A stretch of DNA of 64,000 bases from Trichoplax adhaerens (Eukaryota > Animalia > Placozoa): NCBI RefSeq assembly GCF_000150275.1, contig NW_002060943.1, positions 1,478,832 through 1,542,831 on the forward strand. The letters are read 5' to 3'. Below are positions 55,222 to 64,000 of this stretch, piece after piece (position 1 is the first letter of the stretch; every line of letters starts with the position of its first letter). The position numbers and the translations under genes are program-made. Under the pieces are notes generated by a model, which saw only the letters and a program-made list of their open reading frames with translations, was not told the DNA's origin and did no database searches.

Positions 55222-56433
55222 ATGACATTGAAAAATTCATCCTTTAGTATTCCCAATCAAACAAGATCATGTATCGATGACGGCAATTTTGAATCTACGC
55301 AAGGTATCATCCTCATTGTTAAAATTGTGGCATTTATTACAATCTGTACAGTCTCCACAGTTGGAAATCTTATTATTGCTTACGTTATTGTTCGTACTCA
55401 TCGATTGTGGACTTTTACTAATATTATGATGCTAAATTACAGTATTGTAACGTTGCTATTCTTAGCGTCAGGATTATTACAATTTATAACCGATATAATC
55501 TATCGTGAATCATGGCCCTTTGGAGAGTTCCTTTGCAAGATTACATATTCTTCATTTGTTGTAACTGTAGTTGTGTCTGCATTTTCCATAACCTTTATGT
55601 GCTATGCACGCTATCGGGTTATCTGTTTGCCGCTTAATATCCAGCCAAATCGAAGACAAGCACTCTATAGTATAATATTTTCTTGGGTTGTAGCTATTGC
55701 TTGTATGATTCCCTATGCTATAGTTTTAAAGATTACCCGCTATGGTAAGAATGATTATTGTGTCATCGATAGCTCGTGGGGAAATGGAGGGCATCGACCT
55801 GTTTACGATTTTAGCATTTTTGCTATTACCTATTTTATGCCTATGCTGGTAGCAACTTATTATAATATTCGAGTAATAAAGGGCTTGAAAATAGGTCGAA
55901 GTTATCGTTCCAAAAGTCATCATAAATTAAGTGGCAATAGCTATTACCAACCAGATGAAAGTATTGATCAAGTTAAAGAGAAATTACGCCAAATGTCAGT
56001 ATTTATATTTACAGCTTATTTAATAGCTTGGTTACCTTATTGGATTTATGTTCTGTTAATTAATACCAAAATCTTAAACGCCATCATACTACAGGTTAAA
56101 AAATTCGATTGTCATATCATATCAAAAGTACTAATAGTTCGCACCTTTACCAAGTATATTGCTTACTTTTATAGTACTTCTAACGTCTTTGTTTGCTACT
56201 ATTACAATCCTCATTTTAATGCTGCCTTCAAGTCCATCTTTTGCTGTAAACGATGTATAAAGGGTTCTGATTGTTCATTCGATCAAGATCAGCGTTTTTG
56301 CTCTATCTATAAATGTAGTTATCGAAGTGATACACCAATATATTCTTCACGCGGTTGCAACGAAGATAGGTTGGTTCACTCACGTAAAAGTTCTTCTCAT
56401 TCCAGTATCACGCAACAAATTACATCGGTATAA
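55222..56433 (+). CDS. rhodopsin-like (class A) GPCR with degenerate microswitch motifs
   Basis: 7 TM segments; GN, WPFGEFLCK, ARYRVIC, YFMP, AWLP, N-glycosylated N-terminus. A splice acceptor (TTGTAG, ending 55200) lies just upstream of the ATG. Confidence 0.95.
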   Translation: MTLKNSSFSIPNQTRSCIDDGNFESTQGIILIVKIVAFITICTVSTVGNLIIAYVIVRTHRLWTFTNIMMLNYSIVTLLFLASGLLQFITDIIYRESWPFGEFLCKITYSSFVVTVVVSAFSITFMCYARYRVICLPLNIQPNRRQALYSIIFSWVVAIACMIPYAIVLKITRYGKNDYCVIDSSWGNGGHRPVYDFSIFAITYFMPMLVATYYNIRVIKGLKIGRSYRSKSHHKLSGNSYYQPDESIDQVKEKLRQMSVFIFTAYLIAWLPYWIYVLLINTKILNAIILQVKKFDCHIISKVLIVRTFTKYIAYFYSTSNVFVCYYYNPHFNAAFKSIFCCKRCIKGSDCSFDQDQRFCSIYKCSYRSDTPIYSSRGCNEDRLVHSRKSSSHSSITQQITSV

Positions 56434-58437
56434 GTTATAATGATCTAAGCTGAATTATGAAACAGAAATCTTATCATAGCGCTGATGAAAATTTTTTATT
56501 ATACAAACTATCACTAATGCAATATCAAAATGATCATTCATAGTATGCTTATACCCATGATTTAAAAAAGAAGAATTTTACTCATGTATATCAATTACGA
56601 TATTTGCACCTTAAAAGAGACATTATTGTAAAGTAGTAAAATATCTCCGCTATCCGTTACTTCTGGCTACATCCTTAAAAAAGGTTCTACGTTATTGCCT
56701 GTAGGTAAAAAATTCTTCTTATGATTATTGTAGTAATTATTGATGCAAGTTAGATAACCCTACACCCCAGTCGATGTTACATAGTTTAGACTGGATATCG
56801 ATCTATAAGAGATAGTAATAGCGCGGAAGTGGTTATCAATTCTTTGTAATAGTAAAATAAAAGTCATTATACCATGAAATTTCGATGAATATCATGATGT
56901 TGTTGACTTAAAAATCCAATTTTATGCGAATGGTAAATAATTCATAAATTGTTAGATTACGTATGTATGTAAATAATATGAATATTGTAACATTAAACTT
57001 ATTTTATATCATGAATTATCTAATCAATTTATTATGTTCACAATGAAAATCTTCGTTTGCTAGTCTAATTTTGAACTGCACTTGTTACTAACATTAAAAT
57101 GCTAGTCTGTTCTTAACTTCTCTATATAGTGGAAACAAGATTGAATTTTTTTGCCAAATCGTGATGATAACATTTTCATTATTTATCTTGTCCTTGCGTG
57201 ATACCTAAGAATGGATAACACCTCTTTAAGAGTATATAATATAATTATAAGAATAAAGTTAATCATCCTTATCGATATCAATCAAGGTATAATATATCTA
57301 TAATTTGATCTACCTAATAAAATCACAATATTCAATAAAGAACTTGACAAAATCAACCATTTTTCCATTCTATGTGAAAGCAATGTGACTCGTGGAATCA
57401 TTTACAATCCTTTTGTTTTTAATTGAAATCTGGTTGACAGAAAGTCAGCAGGATATACGAGAACTATACGTATATGCTGAATGTCAAATATTATAACGCA
57501 ATAAAGTAAATGCTTTCAATGATAGCGTGATCAAAGTTTTAGTTGTTAATACTTTCCCATGAATCAACAACATAAAAGTAATTAAGTTACAATGAAGATT
57601 GTGCAAAAATATTGGCATGTTTGGAAATCCCATTTGGACAATAGGTTCAGATCTCCATAACCTTATGAGGAAGATTTCCAAGCTAGAAGAAGAGATGATG
57701 ACCTTCTCTACCAGGATATTGTTATTTGTCTACTGTATATATGTACAGTATATCTTCATATACTAGCCTATCTCGCAAATCCAGCAGCTTGTTGCAAATA
57801 ATAAGCGTAAATTATGTTACCTTTTCTTGTAGACGGATACGTAGATATACGACGTCAGCATATGTAGAGTAGAATGAATAGAAATATTATAATGTGCCTG
57901 CTTTGAAAGTTTTAACGACATAATCGCCTCAGTAGAAAGGATTTTTAATTCGTTTTTGTTACATTTTTTAATTCATAAAGCTGGCTTTTAATTGATTTAC
58001 TCATATCAACGTAGCTAGTAGTAATAGTACTGCATTTTTTAGTGACTTCATGTAAGTTGCTATGTCTTGATCTATTGACAACATTTTTAAATAGAAAAAA
58101 AACCAGATGATGGTTTTCTAACAGGATATACCGTACATGTATCGCTTGTACTTGAAGCAAATATGAAACAGTAATCATATTGTTGGGTTTATACATATCT
58201 AAAACATATATTGAATATCATAATAGTCGTCATGGAGTGGCATGAGTTTAGTACTTAAGTTAAATTCTTAATTAAGTATAGAATTACTAATATGCACTAC
58301 CGTAGGTTATAATACTTGCCTAGTTTAAGACGATTAATTGCTCGTAACCCGACAAAATATGGTAATTCAATGCCCGTGCTTAGCGCGTAGAAGCGTGATA
58401 ATGTTACTACCATTACTAAATAAGTCTTGCGCTCGGA

Positions 58438-58765
58438 TTTCTAAGCGTCCACAGCGAGTAGATCGGAAAGTCTTCTTGTTCATAGTTTTTGTAAGTACAG
58501 TTACAGTTGGTTTTATTGCAATAAAGCTTGATTTGGGTTTTAAATCCAGATAGTCTGATTTATTGAAGACCCTTAAGAATTGGCTTTACTACACGTCATG
58601 TTTCTAAGCGTCCACAACGAGTAGATCGGAAAGTCTTCTTGTTCATAGTTTTTGTAAGTACAGTTACAGTTGGTTTTATTGCAATAAAGCTTGATTTGGG
58701 TTTTAAATCCAGATAGTCTGATTTATTGAAGACCCTTAAGAGTTGGCTTTACTACACGTCATGTT
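58438..58765. repeat. 163-bp near-perfect tandem duplication
   Basis: TTTCTAAGCGTCCACA...ACTACACGTCATGTT occurs twice, with about 2 mismatches. Confidence 0.95.
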
Positions 58766-60159
58766 GAAAGATTCAATAGGTACTGACCTAGTTGACTAAT
58801 ATATTTCATTTCGCTATCGTATTACCGTAATATTGCAGTTAAATTAATCCAATGTTGAAAATCTATCTAATCTGTACCTAAAGTTTAGTTATTAATATCA
58901 AAGATGAAGTACAAAGTGCAATTGGTCTACAAGCTTAATGTCTACCCGTGATATTTTCAGTATTCAATGAAAAGAAGTTGCCACTATGATTTAGTGATAA
59001 CGTTTATACCACATCTCGGTTCTTTGAATAAGATTACGAGAGTAATTGTTAATTTAATTATACTCGTATTCACTCATAGGTTGTCAAAATGAGTGGAAGG
59101 ATTTTAACTAGCGCATTTACTTAGCCATAAATCGCTATGAGAGGGATTGCAGTGTTAATGTGACTGATAAAATCGTCGACATCTGTCGTAGCATGGTAAT
59201 TGTTTCTAAGCAAGACCACTTTCTCCATACTGTGTCGAATCTTTTGTTTGAATCATTCTCAGGCTTAACACAGGATCAATTGAGGACGTGGAAGTGATCA
59301 CTGTTCTTGCTTGCATCTTTGATAGGATCGTCATTAATACACTTGCAATGAGATACATTGATTTCTCCGAATCTTTACAATACAAGGTAAAATGTACTGT
59401 CCATTATATAGAGAAGATGTCGAAACGAATTGAATGAGTAAACACCAATGTAAGACATTGCATTGACTGAAAAATAAATGGACTAGCAAAAGATCTCGTC
59501 GCAGCTTTTGAGTAATAATGCCCAGTTGGCAACTGCTACTTGCACCTGTTTGCACCCTACTCATTGACATCAGTGATAATGGAAGCAACGAAAAAAGTAT
59601 TTTCTTCACCACTGTAGCTGATGTCCTTTACCGAGTAATTATTATCGTATTGGGATACAAAGTAGCAGCTCTTTTCGCTGTAGCAATAGTTGATGTCGTT
59701 TACTAAGCAATTATTTCATAAGATCATCTACGTAATCAAAGTCGAAGTCCATTATCATTATCACTAAGCTATTATCATTGATAGTACAGTATAGTGAGCT
59801 GTAATTGATTATATGCTTTCTTGACTGAATACACAACAGATGGAATTAAACAATTACATAATTATTGAATCAGCATTTGATGCTTGGTAAAATAATTATA
59901 GATTGACTGTAAACTGCGTAGTTTATGTAGACTGTTTGATTCTAGGACAAGTGCCACCCGGATGATCGCCATCTATAGTATAACTCAATCTTAAAGTCAA
60001 TGTGTCTTACATTATAAAAAGCAACATATAAATGTAAATGATAGATACATTAGAAAGAATTTTCCATTTATTACTAACTAAATAGTTCTTCATGAGTAGA
60101 AAATATCGGTGAAAGTCATGGGAGGCAATTGTGCTGATGCGACCTAATTATTATTATTA

Positions 60160-61520
60160 CACATCGCTAGTGTAATAAGCTGAAATCATGATATTAGACG
60201 CAAAGTCGGATTAACCACCAAAGCTATTCCTGCGTTCGACATGCATCTCCTGTTGTGCTGTAATTGATGATGTACAGAGACTAGTCATTGAAGGAAAGAG
60301 GGCCATTGGCCAGCTTCCTCATGACTCCACTTGCCTTATAAAAAAAGCATTACTACTGTCATGAGCTGAAATTATGATATTGGACTCCAATTCGGATTAA
60401 CCATCAAAGTAGTTCTTGCGTTGGATGTGTATCCTGTTGTACGTGATGGCGTACATGGACTACTGTAGTCATTGAACAAAAGAGTACCATTGCCTGTCGG
60501 CCATCAGCTCACTCATAACTACATTTCTGTATAGCCTAAAATACATCGCTACTGTCATGAGCTGAAATTATGATATTGGACTCAAACTCGGATTAGCTAT
60601 CAAAGTAGTCAAAGTAGTTCCTGCATTCAATGTGTATCCTATTGTACTTGATGGCGTCCATGGACTAGTCCTTGAACGAAAGGACACCATTGCCAGTCTG
60701 CCATCAGCTCATTCACGACTACACTTCTGTATTGCCTTAAAAAAAACAAACTTGGCTACTGTCATGAGCTGAAATCGCGATATTTGACTCGAATTAGCAA
60801 TCAAAGTAGTTCCTGCGTTCAATGTGTATCCTGCTGTGCTTGATGGCGTACAGGGACTAGTCATTGAACGAAGAAGCTCATAAGCCAGCTCACTTCTGTA
60901 TTGCCTTACTGTCATGAGCTGAAATCATGACATTGGACTTTAATTCGGATTAACCATTGTAGTGTAGGGGTTGTTAGCCCTAAATGTTTGCCATTTCATC
61001 ATACTGGCCTTATCCACACTTACTTTAAGACATACAATTAGTTCTACACTACATGCTATCACTCTATTGCCTACACAAAACTACTTTAATTAGCTGAAAT
61101 CACTACAACCATCAAAGTAGTTCCTACGTTCAAAGAGTATCCTGCTGTTCTTAATGGCGTATAGGGACTAGTCATTGAACGAAAGAAGGCCATAGGCCAG
61201 CTCACTTCTGCATTGCCTTACTGTCATGAGCTGAAATCATGACATTGGACTTTAATTCGGATTAACCATTGTAGTGTAGGGGTTGTTAGCCCTAAATGTT
61301 TGCCATTTCATCATACTGGCCTTATCCACACTTACTTTAAGACGTACAGTTAGTTCTACACTACATGCTATCACTCTATTGCCTACACAAAACTACTTTA
61401 ATAAGCTGAAATCACGACAACCATCAACGTTCAATGAGTATCCTGTTGTTCTTAATGGCGTATAGGGACTAGTCATTGAAGGAAAGAAGGCCATTGCCAG
61501 TCTGCCATAGCCAGCTAACT
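60160..61520. repeat. degenerate tandem array (~8 units of 137-207 bp) ending in a 312-bp higher-order duplication
   Basis: AGCTGAAAT anchor at 60178, 60364, 60560, 60767, 60917, 61092, 61229 and 61404. Shared blocks are CAAAGTAGTTCCTGCGTTC, TGATGGCGTA and GGACTAGTCATTGAA. Confidence 0.9.
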
Positions 61521-61873
61521 TGCCACTACAGTCACTGGCTCACTGCGCCATCTTTCTCATCGCTAGTTGGGGTTGGCATGATTGACAACGTTGAAGGTGT
61601 CACAGGTGCGATCGATCAATCGCTGGATGCTACAGCTGCAGCCGGGATAGGACAATGGAGGAAAAGTAAACTCTGCTGAATGCGTTGTTGTAGTGTGCAC
61701 GTTATACAAGCGATAGTCTCATGTTTGAAACATACAATCTTGATATAGCCTAAAACAAGAGTTTTCCCTGCCAGAATCAGTCCATTCTTGGCTATCCAAG
61801 GTAGTATAAAAGTTGGACATAAGCGTGTAGCACAGCCAGTCATTGGTCGTGGACAGAAAGACAGACAGACAAA

Positions 61874-61900
61874 GCCCACTGTCCAGACTGGACAGTGGGC
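61874..61900. promoter_or_regulatory. perfect 27-bp GC-rich palindrome upstream of SLC35A3
   Basis: GCCCACTGTCCAG-A-CTGGACAGTGGGC (13-bp arms). The regulatory role is inferred from position only. Confidence 0.45.
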
Positions 61901-62325
61901 AGGCGCATACTAATGACGAAACGATCCTTCCTTCCGTTTATTCCTCTTGGAATGGGACAAGAATGAAAGCAACCTTGACCAACTTGGCTCGTCTAGAAGT
62001 GGAGACATAGAATAAGAGATTATTAAGCTATAGAGTGGCTATTAGAATTACGAAAGGAAAGCCTTATTAATCATCCAATTGACGAAGCAATTACATCCTT
62101 GCTACCAAGGGGAAAATCACTGGATCCTACGCGTACTTGGACTGGCGTTGAGAGTCGCTATTTTGCCCTTGACTACAAATTGTAAACTGGCTGCAACATC
62201 GTTCAATAGTTTACCCTACTTTCTTCTTAGCCTATTAGCACACGCAATCGATACGATTAGCAAAGTTTTCTATTACGCCTCTACAGCAATCTTACGCTAG
62301 TTTCAACCTATCGAATAGGATTATA

Positions 62326-63497
62326 ATGAAAGAAAATAAAAATAGCGATGGTAGAAGTAATAGCAATACGGATCCGACGATACGAATCGGTACCATCAAT
62401 GTTTCGCTAAAATATATTAGTTTATTTACTTTAACGCTTCAAACAACCGCTTTGGTCTTGATCATGCGATATTCTAGAACTATACCTAGCAAGACGATGT
62501 ATCTGGTCACTACTGCAGTGGTTATTGCTGAAGCGATGAAAGTCATTACTTGCTTGTTAATCATCTTTCGACAAGTCGGCTTCAATTTTCATAAGTTTAC
62601 TGCAGTCGTTCGCGATGAATGTATTGGACAATTCTCTGAGACGATTAAATTGGCTATTCCAGCTGGGCTTTATACGGTGCAAAATAATTTACTCTACATT
62701 GCTTTATCCAACCTGGACGCAGCTACATATCAAGTCACCTATCAGTTAAAAATTTTAACTACTGCTGTTTTCTCCGTCACCATGTTGGGTAGGAGACTCA
62801 GCTCGACTAAGTGGATTGCATTAGTCTTACTCATGGCTGGTGTCTCATTGGTTCAGGTGAGTGTAGACAGTGCTCTACTTGTAAGAAAGTTGCCGTAAGC
62901 ACACTTTCAACGCGTCCAGTGCTTGCAACATTATCAGCCATCGTAGCTGATTTACCAGTACAACTTACATGGTAACAAGTGGACTGCATTCAAGCAGCTA
63001 CCTCATTGAAATTGGATAGATTTCATGTTATCCTCCAATAACGACCATTTCGTGCATGCTTAAAAGTAGCGTAAATGTTATAGAGAGTTATAAAGATGTA
63101 CAGGCAGTCCTCCAATTGGACAGTTTATCTACTGCAGTACTATGGATACAATCAAATATGACTTTGGATTTCTTGAGTACTCTTACAATAGTCGTAGACT
63201 GCGGAGGTGATACATACAGTAGACGAATTTGTGCATCATTTATAGGTATAGACAACCACAACCTACCAATCGATGGATATGGACATCACTTCTGATTGAC
63301 CTAATGTATTATTATCGATTTATATATTAGCATCATCAAATTACTAACTCACTTTCGAAATATTTAGATGCCAACGAAGGGGCCACATAGTTCCAAAGAT
63401 TTATCTAAATCGAAGCAATTCTTGGGATTAGTTGCTGTCCTTACTGCTTGTTTATCAAGCGGATTTTCCGGAGTTTATTTTGAAAAAATTTTGAAAG
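62326..63497 (+). CDS. SLC35A3: Golgi nucleotide-sugar transporter, UDP-GlcNAc transporter-like (exons 62326-62856 and 63368-63497; 3' exons beyond the window)
   Basis: [59 protein letters not shown] and [27 protein letters not shown]. The QTT/MRYSRT and LDAATY residues fit A3 better than A1 or A2. Confidence 0.88.
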
Positions 63498-64000
63498 GTA
63501 GGCTACAGTGTTCTAGAACGCGTATAATACTCTCAGCATTCTTTACGCTTCTGTTCCCTCCATAATGCGATATTATTGACACTAACGTTGATGTTTAGTA
63601 CATCAGTCTATAATTAATTCTTATCCATTAATCAACCATCCCATTCATTCGCCATTCAGTGATTATTGCACTTTACTAGAGTTATATACTAATATCAACA
63701 ACAATTATTCATATCTGTAATGCATCGTACAGTACTGTGCATTCTGGCAAATAAGACTATAAGAACAATATGTATATAATATTCAAATTGCAATAAAATA
63801 CTTGCAGACTGTGTACGCTTAGACAATATCCAGGCTTATTAATGACATAATTAACAGGCAAGCTAGTTGAAAAAATGTGTCGTTATGGATAGTCTAGTTA
63901 CTGTATTTTGTAAATTGTAAGAAAGTCAACGTTATATGACATCTCCATGAATAGATTGATGACATATAGTAGTAATATTAACTAATAATTTACTATTTCG

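Noticed and set aside
60160-61520. CRISPR-like array
   Set aside because: Eukaryotic context, long degenerate units without unique spacers, and no cas genes.

Overview
AT-rich eukaryotic (animal) genomic DNA with short (~70-100 nt) GT-AG introns and three 50-N assembly gaps. Intron size, composition and the single-exon orphan class A GPCRs suggest a placozoan such as Trichoplax; this is inference, not shown. Recognisable genes are multi-exon TRAF7 (+, ~19.0-23.9 kb), mitochondrial D-lactate dehydrogenase LDHD (+, ~25.7-29.8 kb), three intronless rhodopsin-like GPCRs (32.5 kb -, 41.8 kb -, 55.2 kb +) and the 5' part of the nucleotide-sugar transporter SLC35A3 (+, from 62.3 kb, running off the window). 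Two items are not visible in the ORF track. (1) A spliced orphan secreted prohormone-like gene at 12.5-14.8 kb, with a TATA box, a signal-peptide exon, two tandemly duplicated 30-nt microexons, basic cleavage sites, two C-x3-C motifs and a predicted disulfide-ringed GFF-amide peptide. (2) A TG..CA solo-LTR-like family with five copies of very different ages; one has a perfect 5-bp TSD and its empty pre-insertion site lies 400 bp away, and another sits directly behind a GPCR stop codon. Also present are several local tandem duplications, a nascent satellite array with a higher-order 312-bp unit, and degenerate spliced or pseudogene-like stretches.
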